From contig BTWA01000012.1 of NCBI GenBank assembly GCA_045863295.1, positions 32,001 to 96,000 on the forward strand: a DNA stretch of 64,000 nucleotides. Direction: 5' to 3'. The position numbers and the translations under genes were made by a program. Below the pieces are notes generated by a model. It was not told the DNA's origin, searched no databases, and was given only the letters and a program-made list of their open reading frames with translations. Position 1 is the stretch's first letter. Each line of letters opens with the position of its first letter. Of the stretch, positions 10,225 to 19,692 are shown piece after piece. The stretch comes from Candidatus Hydrogenedentota bacterium. GTDB lineage: Bacteria; Hydrogenedentota; Hydrogenedentia; Hydrogenedentales; SLHB01.

Positions 10225-11238
10225 TTAGAGCGTCTTCCCGACGAGTTCAACAAATGGACGTAAATCGTCCATTAACTTCCCAAAACGTTTTGGCTTCAAT
10301 GATTGCGGTCCATCTGAATACGCGCTTTCAGGATGGGGGTGCATTTCCACCATGATACCGTCCGCGCCAGCAGCGACCGCCGCCTTGGCCATCGAATCCA
10401 CAAATTCCCAATGTCCGGTCGCGTGACTCGGATCCACAAAAACCGGTAAGTGGGAGAGCTTCTTCAGAACGGGAACAGCTGATATGTCCAGCGTGTTCCG
10501 CGTTTCCGATTCAAAAGTGCGAATCCCTCGCTCACACAAAGCCACATTCAAATTCCCAGCAGCCATGATATATTCGGCCGACATCAACAATTCTGCAATG
10601 GTGTTCGCCATTCCGCGCTTCAAGAATACAGGTTTCGACGCTTTCCCCACAGCCTTTAGCAGGCCAAAGTTCTGCATGTTTCGAGCGCCTACCTGCAGCA
10701 TCGAAGCATACTGGTCTACCAGCGGGACTTGTTCCGGTGTCATGACCTCCGTCACAAAAGGCAACCCGTGGGTATCCGCTGCTTCTTTCAAGAGTTTCAG
10801 CCCTTCTTCCTCAAGACCCTGAAAGCTGTATGGGGACGTGCGAGGCTTGTATGCTCCACCGCGCAAGACGTGTCCGCCAAAGCGTTTTACGATTTCGGCA
10901 GACTCCATTATCTGTTCTCGCGTCTCGACCGAGCACGGACCAGCCATGACACAAAATGCGCCGCCTCCAACCGTGGCTCCCCCAACAGCAAAAGAAGAGT
11001 CGGACTTTCGCAGTTCCCGGCCAGCCAACTTATAGGGCTTCAAAATTGGCACAACCTGCTCGACGCCGGGCATGGATTCCAGCGCGTGCAAGCGTTCCTT
11101 GCCTCTTTCGTCTCCTACAGCGCCAATGACGGTTCGCTCAACCCCTTCGATAATGTGCGGCGTATACCCGAATTCCCTGATCTTCTCGATGACCCGATCA
11201 ATATCCTCGCGTATACGAGAGGCCATCACAACAATCAT
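10225..11238 (-). CDS. aroF: DAHP synthase class I-beta with N-terminal regulatory domain
   Basis: MAGPCSVE, LRGGAYKPRTSPYSFQG, GARNMQN, CERGIRTF, DPSHATG. Confidence 0.95.
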   Translation of the reverse strand: MIVVMASRIREDIDRVIEKIREFGYTPHIIEGVERTVIGAVGDERGKERLHALESMPGVEQVVPILKPYKLAGRELRKSDSSFAVGGATVGGGAFCVMAGPCSVETREQIMESAEIVKRFGGHVLRGGAYKPRTSPYSFQGLEEEGLKLLKEAADTHGLPFVTEVMTPEQVPLVDQYASMLQVGARNMQNFGLLKAVGKASKPVFLKRGMANTIAELLMSAEYIMAAGNLNVALCERGIRTFESETRNTLDISAVPVLKKLSHLPVFVDPSHATGHWEFVDSMAKAAVAAGADGIMVEMHPHPESAYSDGPQSLKPKRFGKLMDDLRPFVELVGKTL

Positions 11239-11362
11239 GTATGGCTCCTTGATTCTGCATTGGGTTACTCGCGTGCATTATACGCCGCACGATTTGCTCA
11301 AGGCAAAAAACGGCCCACCAATATTGTGTCATTACTATAGGCTCTGCAAGGAGTTATAGCCA

Positions 11363-13921
11363 CTATGCCCAGACGATAAGCTGGGTTTCGTGGGGATTCA
11401 TCAAGTCCGTGTGCCTTGGTATCGCACGTACTGTAAACCCTTGTTCCCCGGTTTTACCGCAAGGAATGCTGCCTTTAAACCGGTACAGCGTACCTTCCAA
11501 TTTCGATTCCATCTGCATCGGCACAGCCGCCCCCTTGACAATCTGACCCAGCGAATCGACATCGCCATAGTACACTTCCACTGCGACGTCATTTTCCGTG
11601 AGTCCGGCAAGGCTAATGTCTGCAGTTACGTCGAGTTTGCTACCGAATATCAGATCCTCGGTATTGCCTGATTCCAGATTCGCGATAGTTACGTTGCCCC
11701 ACGCAGTGACCACGCGTGATTTCCAATCCGATAGCGCTTTGGCCCGCTTTCGGTTGTCGGCTCTAAGTTCGTTGCGACGCACTGTCGCCGGAATATAGAA
11801 CCGGTCTGCATACTCCTGCACCATGCGATGCGTATTAAAGAACGGCGCACAGGTGCGGATAGCATTCTTCATTCGTCGTATCCAGTGACGCGGCAAACCA
11901 TCCCGGCCGCGATCGTAAAAGGCCGGCGCAATTTCAAGTTCGAGCAGTTCATAGAGCATTTCGCCTTCCACGTGATCCTGCTCGTCGGTGTTCTCGTAGT
12001 TCTCGCCGCGACCGATAGTCCACCCGTTCTCGCCAAGCAATGCTGCTTCGTCCCACCATCCGTCGGGAATGCTGATGTTGAGTGCGCCGTTCAAGGCCGC
12101 TTTCATACCGCTTGTTCCGCTTGCCTCCATGGGGCGGCGCGGTGTGTTGAGCCAGCAATCCACTCCCTGCACCATATAGCGCGCAACATTGATGTCATAG
12201 TCTTCAATGAATACGATGTGATTTCTTGTGTTGTACCGTCGGACGAACTGAATGATGTTACGAATAAGTTCCTTGCCCGCATTGTCCTGCGGATGGGCTT
12301 TGCCGGAGATGATAAACTGAACCGGCATAGCTTCCTTCTTGAGAATGCGAACCAGTCGCTCCGGATCCATAATAAACAGATTGGCGCGCTTGTATGTTGC
12401 AAAACGCCGCGCAAATCCAATAGTGAGAACCTCCGGATCCAGTACCTCATTGGCAGCCTGCACATCAGCATTCGACGATCCACGATCCTTCAATTGTTGC
12501 ACAAGGCGGCGGCGGACAAAGTTCACGAGCCGTTCGCGCCGGCGCTCGTGGGTGCGCCAAAGCTCCGCGTCGGGCACAGCGTCGATCCGGTCCCAAACCT
12601 CTTGGTCCGGCGGATTGCTTATCCAGCTGGGGCCAAGGTACGTGTCGTACAGGCCGCCCATGTCCCGCGAAATCCAGAAACGGGGATGTACTCCGTTCGT
12701 AATAGACGTAATGGGTACCTCGTCTACCGGAACATCTTTCCAAGTTCTCGACCACATGCTTCGCGAAATCTCGCCGTGCAGCTTGGCGACACCATTGGCC
12801 GCACATGAGATCTTAAGGGCGAGCACAGTCATGCAGAAAGGCTCCCGAACATCACCCGGATCCTGTCGCCCAAGTCCAAGTAACCGGCCCAACTCGATAC
12901 CAATTTCCGAGCAATAGGCTTTGAAATAATGCTCGATCATCTCGGGCGGAAACATGTCATTGCCTGCGGGTACCGGAGTATGTGTCGTAAAGACGCTGGC
13001 CGACTTCACAGACTCAAGTGCTTGCTCGAATGTCAGCTTATCATTAGACATCAATTCGCGGATTCGCTCTAATGTCATGAATGCAGCGTGACCTTCGTTC
13101 ATGTGAAATACGGTGGGATAAATATTTAACGCGCGCAATAAACGCACGCTGGCCATGCCCAACAGAATTTCCTGCCGGATTCGCATGTCCCGGTCGCCGC
13201 CGTACAGTCGCGCCGTTATCTCCCGATCTTCGGCGTCGTTCTGCTCGAAGTCACTGTCCAGCAGATAAAGAGGCACACGACCGACTTTCAGCTGCCACGC
13301 TCGAACGTGTACAGTGCGCTCTGGGTAAGCAATTTTTACAACGATCGGCTTGCCCTTTTTGTCTCGAACCAACTCGACCGGCATCTTGTGCACATCGTTT
13401 TTCGGATAACGCTCCTGCTGCCAGCCGTCGGCATTCAAATATTGCCGGTGATATCCTTCCCGATAGAGAAGGCCAACCCCGACCAGGGGCAGACCCAGGT
13501 CGCTCGCGCTTTTTAAATGATCGCCCGCAAGAACGCCAAGTCCACCGGAATACACCGACACCGACTCATGCAAGCCAAACTCGGCTGACAGATAAGCAAT
13601 GCTCAAGTCTTTCGGTGATTGTGTGTTGCGTTCTGCCCATGGAGAGGAGTTCAGATACTCGTCCATACGAACAGACACTCGCTTGAGGTGAGACAGAAAA
13701 CTGTCGTCCGCAGCCAACCGCTCAAGTGCGGCCTGGCCAACCTCGCCTAACATCGCCACCGGGTTTTGACCGGTCTTGATCCACAAGTCACGATCCATGC
13801 GGAAAAAGAGCTCAATGGCCTCGGGATCCGAACACCACCAAAGATTGTTCGCTATGTCCCGTAACCGCTCAAGCGCAGGCGGGAGCTTAGGCACAACAGT
13901 AAATCGGGTCACTTTAGCCAT
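11363..13921 (-). CDS. glgP: Alpha-glucan (glycogen/maltodextrin) phosphorylase
   Basis: YSGGLGVLAGDHLKSASDLG, HMNEGH, GFARRFATYKR, PLP-lysine motif EASGTSGMK. Confidence 0.95.
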   Translation of the reverse strand: MAKVTRFTVVPKLPPALERLRDIANNLWWCSDPEAIELFFRMDRDLWIKTGQNPVAMLGEVGQAALERLAADDSFLSHLKRVSVRMDEYLNSSPWAERNTQSPKDLSIAYLSAEFGLHESVSVYSGGLGVLAGDHLKSASDLGLPLVGVGLLYREGYHRQYLNADGWQQERYPKNDVHKMPVELVRDKKGKPIVVKIAYPERTVHVRAWQLKVGRVPLYLLDSDFEQNDAEDREITARLYGGDRDMRIRQEILLGMASVRLLRALNIYPTVFHMNEGHAAFMTLERIRELMSNDKLTFEQALESVKSASVFTTHTPVPAGNDMFPPEMIEHYFKAYCSEIGIELGRLLGLGRQDPGDVREPFCMTVLALKISCAANGVAKLHGEISRSMWSRTWKDVPVDEVPITSITNGVHPRFWISRDMGGLYDTYLGPSWISNPPDQEVWDRIDAVPDAELWRTHERRRERLVNFVRRRLVQQLKDRGSSNADVQAANEVLDPEVLTIGFARRFATYKRANLFIMDPERLVRILKKEAMPVQFIISGKAHPQDNAGKELIRNIIQFVRRYNTRNHIVFIEDYDINVARYMVQGVDCWLNTPRRPMEASGTSGMKAALNGALNISIPDGWWDEAALLGENGWTIGRGENYENTDEQDHVEGEMLYELLELEIAPAFYDRGRDGLPRHWIRRMKNAIRTCAPFFNTHRMVQEYADRFYIPATVRRNELRADNRKRAKALSDWKSRVVTAWGNVTIANLESGNTEDLIFGSKLDVTADISLAGLTENDVAVEVYYGDVDSLGQIVKGAAVPMQMESKLEGTLYRFKGSIPCGKTGEQGFTVRAIPRHTDLMNPHETQLIVWA

Positions 13922-14263
13922 GCAAACGGGTACCTCCTGGTACTGCGGGAAGCAGTACCGAACCGCTCAGTGCGCCGCCGGTAGCAGATTTTTCAGCGAG
14001 CCGCTCCACCCCCGCGGAGCCACACTCGCCGGCGCAATACAACGGAATGCCAATCTCGAAAAAGGGCCAAATGGGGAATATCCCTGCCCAGTGACCCACC
14101 GGCTTCGGAATGGTACCAGAATTGGATGCGCGATGCGATCCGGCGAAATGCATACATTGTGGAGGGCTGGAACCGACTATTCATTACAGTTTACCGTGGA
14201 ATACCGTCTGGGCAACGAATACAATTCAAAAGCGCCTCCATACCTGCAAATAGGGAGACTCAC

Positions 14264-14950
14264 ATGAAATTGTTGGTTGCTTGTGTCCTTGTGTTCGGGG
14301 CAAGCGCAGTGTCGGCACAGGAATTTGCGCCAGGGACTTCACCGGGCCCTGATGCCTTGCACCGTGAGCGAATTGAATGGTGCGATATCTGGATTACCGA
14401 CGCGGATAAGGACGATAGGCCGCGTGTTCTATTTATAGGCGATTCCATTACACGAGGCTATTTTGAGTTTGTGGAAAAGGCGCTGGAAGGGAAGACCTAT
14501 TGTGCCCGGCTCACATCTTCGCGAAGCGTATGCGACCCCGTGTTTTTCAACGAATTGGGTCTGATACTGAGTCAGTACGAATTTGATGTAATTCACTTTA
14601 ACAACGGCCTTCACGGGTGGCTCTATTCTGAAGCGGAGTACAAAGAAGGGGTGGAGGACTTGATTTCCGCCTTAAGGAAGTATGCTCCGCAAGCGAAACT
14701 TGTGTGGGCAGCGACGACGCCGGTCAAACACTCATCGTCGATGAGCAATCACGAGGCGCGCGTCAAAGATCGAAATGCCATCGCGGCCGAGATAATGGCC
14801 CGCGAAAAAATTGCCATAAATGATATGTTCAAATTCGTAGCCGATCATATGGAGTATATCGGGGATGATGGTATTCACTTCACACGGGAAGGCAAAGAAG
14901 CACAAGGAGAAAAGGCCGCGAATGCAGTGTTGAATGCATTGAAAGACTGA
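14264..14950 (+). CDS. Secreted SGNH/GDSL hydrolase
   Basis: Signal peptide after an RBS (GGGAGA). Blocks FIGDSI, FNNGLHG and DGIHF. Confidence 0.85.
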   Translation: MKLLVACVLVFGASAVSAQEFAPGTSPGPDALHRERIEWCDIWITDADKDDRPRVLFIGDSITRGYFEFVEKALEGKTYCARLTSSRSVCDPVFFNELGLILSQYEFDVIHFNNGLHGWLYSEAEYKEGVEDLISALRKYAPQAKLVWAATTPVKHSSSMSNHEARVKDRNAIAAEIMAREKIAINDMFKFVADHMEYIGDDGIHFTREGKEAQGEKAANAVLNALKD

Positions 14951-14982
14951 GCCGAAACATTTACCCCGCCAGGGGCCCCGCG

Positions 14983-16263
14983 TTAAAAGAAGTAACGCTT
15001 TACAAATCGGCCAATCCGGCGCGACATGGATCCGACAGGTCCGCGCGATCCAATGCTGCCATTCCTGGCTGCACGGCGATGTTCGATGGCATGGCGCACA
15101 ATTCCCACCGCTGCCGTGTAGTCGGGCGCGGCGACACGTGGCGGCATGGTTTCCAGACTGGCAGGAAGGCCGCTACGGCATGGAACTTGAAACACGGATT
15201 CTGCCAGCGAAAGGTAATTCCTCAGCATACTTCCACCGCCTGTAAGCACTATTCCCCGGATTAGATTTTTGCTCAGTCCCCGTGATTCGAGGTGCTGTCG
15301 AACTTTGATTAACAATTCCTTTGCCCGCTCATAGACGATGTCATCCAATTCAGCGCGATCAACAACATTGGGCGCCCCTGGCACTGCGGTTTTGAGTTTA
15401 ATTCTCGAATCTGATCGGTCGGAGGCATTGGAAGCCTCGAGGGTGTTTTCAAATTCTTCCCGGATATTGGCTTCCGAGATACCATATTCGAGAATCAACT
15501 CGTCAGCCTCGTCAAAGCTGACCTGCAATCCTGCGGCCACGTCCCGCGTAATTTGAAACGCCCCCCATTCAAAACAATGGGAGTTTAAAATCCGGAAGTC
15601 ACGGTATACGGCCAGGCCCGTTACACTTCGGCCAAGGTCCAGTACCGCCACACCCAATTCCATGTCTTCCGGTGTCAGACAACCCATAGCCGATGCAAGC
15701 GGTAAAAATACAAAGTCCTCCAGATCGCAACCGAGTGATTCAATACAGGAAACGATATTGTCCTCGATAACAGATGGGAGGCGTGCAAAGTGCACACGGG
15801 TTTTCAATACCTGCCCCCGAATTCCCATCGGATCGAGTACGCGCATGTTGTCGACATACCACTCTTGCGCATCTATGGACGAGGTAATAATCTTACCGGG
15901 AGCCAAAATATCGCGCGAAGCAATATCCCGCGCTTCCGCCATGTTTGCATATTCAACAACTTCGCGCTGAATCTCCGCGTGGCCTTCACGTATAAAGGTC
16001 TCCACGTTCTTGCCGTTTACACCGCAAAACAACGTATTAACCTTTAATCGTGCTTCCTTCTGCGCCGCGGTCAATGCTTTTTTCAAGGCGAGTTGTGCGC
16101 CATTGCGATCCTGAATTAGACCCTGAGACACAGACCCCTGCGTCGGGCAAGAACCGTGTCCAATTACCTGTACCGCGCCGTCGGTGTCCTGTTGGGCAAT
16201 CAGCACACGGATCTCCCGCGATCCGAAGTCCACAACCGCGACAATTTCCCGTTTCGCGCGCAC
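14983..16263 (-). CDS. ftsA: Cell division protein FtsA (orphan copy)
   Basis: Actin fold DFGSREI, SHS2 insert, LTPEDMELGVAVLDLG, ITRDVA, GIVLTGGG, YTAAVG, and a C-terminal amphipathic helix RRIGRFVKRYFF. Confidence 0.85.
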   Translation of the reverse strand: MRAKREIVAVVDFGSREIRVLIAQQDTDGAVQVIGHGSCPTQGSVSQGLIQDRNGAQLALKKALTAAQKEARLKVNTLFCGVNGKNVETFIREGHAEIQREVVEYANMAEARDIASRDILAPGKIITSSIDAQEWYVDNMRVLDPMGIRGQVLKTRVHFARLPSVIEDNIVSCIESLGCDLEDFVFLPLASAMGCLTPEDMELGVAVLDLGRSVTGLAVYRDFRILNSHCFEWGAFQITRDVAAGLQVSFDEADELILEYGISEANIREEFENTLEASNASDRSDSRIKLKTAVPGAPNVVDRAELDDIVYERAKELLIKVRQHLESRGLSKNLIRGIVLTGGGSMLRNYLSLAESVFQVPCRSGLPASLETMPPRVAAPDYTAAVGIVRHAIEHRRAARNGSIGSRGPVGSMSRRIGRFVKRYFF

Positions 16264-16327
16264 AAATTGGCCCTACCGAGCGTATGAATTATGGGTTACT
16301 AAAGTGAAATACACATGGAAATGCCCT

Positions 16328-18760
16328 TCAAAACAACAAGGCATCTTTGCCGGTATCCGAATTCTGTTCCGCGCTGCGTATGTGTTGAATCGTCTGCTCA
16401 ATGTCGGTTACCGAACCGCGCTGCCGTTGAAGTAGATCACGAGCACGCTCAAGTGCCGCCTCCAGTTCCATGCGGCGCCGTTGAAGACTCTTGACTTCTT
16501 GCCGCGCGTCTTCCAAACGCACACGTGCACGTTGTTCTTCCTCGTTGAGCCGCTCAAGGCGCGCCTGCGCTTCGTCCTCTTGGGCACGCGCTTCGTCACG
16601 CCGCGATACTTGCGCCAAGCGCTGGCGTTCCGCCGACTCCCGCTGCGCAATGAGTTCTCGAATCTGTGCATCCAGGTCGGAGACTCGGGATTCCATCGAC
16701 TCAAGTTCGTTCTGAATCCCCGCCGTCTGCGCTTTACGTTGAAGCAGGGATTCTTCTCCCTCGCTTACGCGGCGCTCTGCGACTTGTACCGATTGCTCGG
16801 AAATTTGCGATCTCTCTCTCGCCGTTTCTATCGACGCTGTGCTTTCGCGAAGCCGCACTTCGGCCGCACGTACGCGCGCCTCGGCTTCCTCCGCCTGCTG
16901 ACGTGCGATACTCGCTGCTGCCTGCATGGCCAGTAGCTTTGCGTCTACCGCGGAGCCTTTGGCCGCCGCAGCCTGCGCGGTTTCAAGCAACCGCATGAAA
17001 GAAGCACCTTCAGACTCCCCGCCTCGATCATCGTCTAATGCTTCATCTACGTTGGGCGGCGTATACGACGCAGGTTCGTCCAATTGCGTCTGGTGCAATT
17101 CCTGAATCGTCGCGGCGGCAAGCTCAAGCGGTGTCGAATAGGTATCCGGCACAGGCTCGAACTCTGGGATACCAAAATCGGTTTCGGTGGAATCAGATAT
17201 TTCGACTGTCTGCTCAAACGGTGTCGAATCCGCACCGGAGACAGCCGGTTCGGTCATTGAGACATAGGCCTCTTGCTCGGCCAACTCAAAAAGATCACCT
17301 TCATCATCCGTCACAACCACCGGTTTCGGCGGGGACGACTGTTCCAATGGTGTCTCAATTTGCCATTCGGCGAGCATTCCGTCGCACTCGGAAATCCACT
17401 CCAACAGTGCGGCGTCGTCAGCGTCGTCGCTCGCGTCCGCGTACAGACCTCCAAACGCATACGCCAGCTCAAAAAAACGGTCGCTCCAATGGTGCGGATA
17501 CTCGAACGCCCCTTCACATAAGCGGCGAATCGAACGCGTCGCAGCCAACGCGCCGTTACGGCCGGTCTCGTGAGCCCGCTCGGCCAACAACTCCAGGCTG
17601 TGGCGCATTGCGTTCCACGTTTCATCGCGATCGATTTGTTCGCGTTCCTGCTCCATGCGCGACAGGCCTTCGCAAAAGATATCAATAAAACCCACCAGAC
17701 TCGGAGAAAGCCCACGTGATGCCCTCGCGGTTGCAATCGCCGAGGGCGAAGTATCCAAGTGCATTGGAGCGAGAGGCATCATCTCAAATTCTTCGTCCGG
17801 AGCCGTAGCGGGTGTCTGCTGTTTCACAAATGGACGACCGGCGCTTAAATTGTCAGTACTGGATTCCAGCCCCTCCAGCACAGGAGATGCCAAGGAATTG
17901 TCCAAGGGAGCCTCCATCAACAACGGCGACAGGTCATCCAGAGAAGGAATCTCAACGTCTGCCGAGTCAGATGATTCAGATACCATTGGTGGCAGCTCAA
18001 ATGGGGAAAGACCATCGTGGTTCGAGGCGGATGTCGGCGGTGCTACGTCGTCGACCGCCGAAGTTATGTCGAAACCCGGCGACGGCGCGGGGGCATCCAG
18101 GTTTCCAAAGCCGTCCTCCACATCGACCTCGATCGCCGAATCCTCGTCACGTACTAGAGGAATGCCAGCATCCCGTATATCTTCAACCGCTTCCTGGTAG
18201 CGGGCGCGCCAGCGCTGAATCACGGCTGGCCGGACACGCCCCGCAATCAAGTCGCCAACCATCAGGCACAATATTTCGTAGCTGTCGGTCAAGAAAGGGA
18301 CACACTGGTTTGCGCGACCCACGTCTTCATAGCTCTGAAGAATACGCGCTGTCTCCGTGAGCGACTCGACCAAATCGCTCCAACCTTGTTCGATCGATAT
18401 CTCCACGGCACTGATTAGATAGTTCATGCATTCATCAGACCAGCGGTCTTGCGGAGCCCCATCTTGTGCAATTAAATACTGGCGTTGAAAGCGACCCAAG
18501 GCGGTCAACAAGCGTTGTGTGGGCTCGTTTCCGGCTGGCGCGGTCCTGTTCATGCGCTCTTCCTTCAATTGGCGGGTCGATTCCCGCATAGGCACCACGT
18601 TATCAGCCACAGGGGCGTCCTGGAAAGACGGAGCATCAGCGGAGGGTAGGGGGGGATCATCCATTTCGGGCACGTGAACCGCATCCGCCTGGGCCTCCGC
18701 CGTATTCTGCTCTCGGCGACCCCACAACAACGGATTTCGGCTGCGTTTACCAAATCGCAT
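16328..18760 (-). CDS. Hypothetical protein: two helical bundle domains, acidic disordered linkers, C-terminal coiled coil
   Basis: 810-aa ORF with an RBS (AGGGG). The last roughly 200 aa are E/Q/R/A-rich heptads. Confidence 0.8.
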   Translation of the reverse strand: MRFGKRSRNPLLWGRREQNTAEAQADAVHVPEMDDPPLPSADAPSFQDAPVADNVVPMRESTRQLKEERMNRTAPAGNEPTQRLLTALGRFQRQYLIAQDGAPQDRWSDECMNYLISAVEISIEQGWSDLVESLTETARILQSYEDVGRANQCVPFLTDSYEILCLMVGDLIAGRVRPAVIQRWRARYQEAVEDIRDAGIPLVRDEDSAIEVDVEDGFGNLDAPAPSPGFDITSAVDDVAPPTSASNHDGLSPFELPPMVSESSDSADVEIPSLDDLSPLLMEAPLDNSLASPVLEGLESSTDNLSAGRPFVKQQTPATAPDEEFEMMPLAPMHLDTSPSAIATARASRGLSPSLVGFIDIFCEGLSRMEQEREQIDRDETWNAMRHSLELLAERAHETGRNGALAATRSIRRLCEGAFEYPHHWSDRFFELAYAFGGLYADASDDADDAALLEWISECDGMLAEWQIETPLEQSSPPKPVVVTDDEGDLFELAEQEAYVSMTEPAVSGADSTPFEQTVEISDSTETDFGIPEFEPVPDTYSTPLELAAATIQELHQTQLDEPASYTPPNVDEALDDDRGGESEGASFMRLLETAQAAAAKGSAVDAKLLAMQAAASIARQQAEEAEARVRAAEVRLRESTASIETARERSQISEQSVQVAERRVSEGEESLLQRKAQTAGIQNELESMESRVSDLDAQIRELIAQRESAERQRLAQVSRRDEARAQEDEAQARLERLNEEEQRARVRLEDARQEVKSLQRRRMELEAALERARDLLQRQRGSVTDIEQTIQHIRSAEQNSDTGKDALLF

Positions 18761-18812
18761 GATGCACTACCCCTATTTAACGCAAAATTGTAGCACAACG
18801 CCACCCTGTACG

Positions 18813-18822
18813 CAATATATTG
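18813..18822. promoter_or_regulatory. Palindromic operator CAATATATTG (NrdR-box-like)
   Basis: Perfect 10-bp palindrome about 50 bp upstream of the 810-aa gene. It overlaps a possible minus-strand -10 (CACAAT, 16 bp from TTGACT). Confidence 0.45.
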
Positions 18823-18944
18823 TGGTATCCCTGTCCAAGAAGTCAAGCAAATCCGCTGTGGAAAATGCGAAGAGCCGGAAATTGTAGTCCAATTTCCGGC
18901 TCTCAAACGCTTCTACAAGCACATTACGTGCAAAAAGTCACAGA

Positions 18945-19553
18945 CTAGACAAGAATCCCTTTGCTTCTAAGGTAGGCCAAAACCAACTCCGCAGACTCTT
19001 CCAAGGAATGTTGGGATGTGTCGACAACCAATTCGGCATTATCCGGTTCTTCGTAAGGTGCCGAAATACCCGTGAATTCGGGAATCTGGCCTGCGCGGGC
19101 TTTCTTGTACAGTCCCTTCGGATCGCGTTCTTCACAGACCTCGATCGGGCATTTTACGTAAACCTCAATAAATGAATCCTTTGCAATAGCCCGTGCTTTG
19201 TCGCGATCAGCCCGGTAAGGAGAGATAAACGCTGTGATGGCAATGACGCCCGCCTGTACAAACAGGTTGGAAACCTCGCCAATACGACGAATATTCTCTT
19301 CGCGATCCGCGGGCGAGAAGCCCAAATCCTTGTTCAGACCGTGTCGAACATTGTCGCCATCAAGCACATACGTGCGGCAACCCTTTTCAAACAACGCATT
19401 CTCGACCGCATGGGCCAGCGTTGATTTGCCCGAACCCGACAGACCGGTGAACCAAAGAACACAGGCCTTATGGCCGTTCAGGCGTTCGCGATCCTCTCGG
19501 GTAATGTCTGCCGCGTGCCAAGTAATGTTTGTTGCCCTAACTTGATCAGCCAT
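18945..19553 (-). CDS. cysC: Adenylyl-sulfate (APS) kinase
   Basis: [41 protein letters not shown]. Start at MADQ (19553). Confidence 0.95.
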   Translation of the reverse strand: MADQVRATNITWHAADITREDRERLNGHKACVLWFTGLSGSGKSTLAHAVENALFEKGCRTYVLDGDNVRHGLNKDLGFSPADREENIRRIGEVSNLFVQAGVIAITAFISPYRADRDKARAIAKDSFIEVYVKCPIEVCEERDPKGLYKKARAGQIPEFTGISAPYEEPDNAELVVDTSQHSLEESAELVLAYLRSKGILV

Positions 19554-19692
19554 GGAGGTAGTGCCCTTTCCAATACCGTGGGGTGTCAACCAGTCGCAAC
19601 CGAACCGATCAGACATGGAATGCGGTTGCAAAGAGGGAAAAGCTTACCAGAATTTGGGTGTATTTTGCCAATTGCCTGGCGTCAAGGTGAGA

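Noticed and set aside
8881..11238. scpB-rluB preceded by aroF instead of scpA
   Set aside because: Separation of scpA from scpB is not rare; scpA probably lies elsewhere.
11828..12808. 326-aa plus-strand ORF
   Set aside because: Antisense shadow of glgP with no recognisable motifs.
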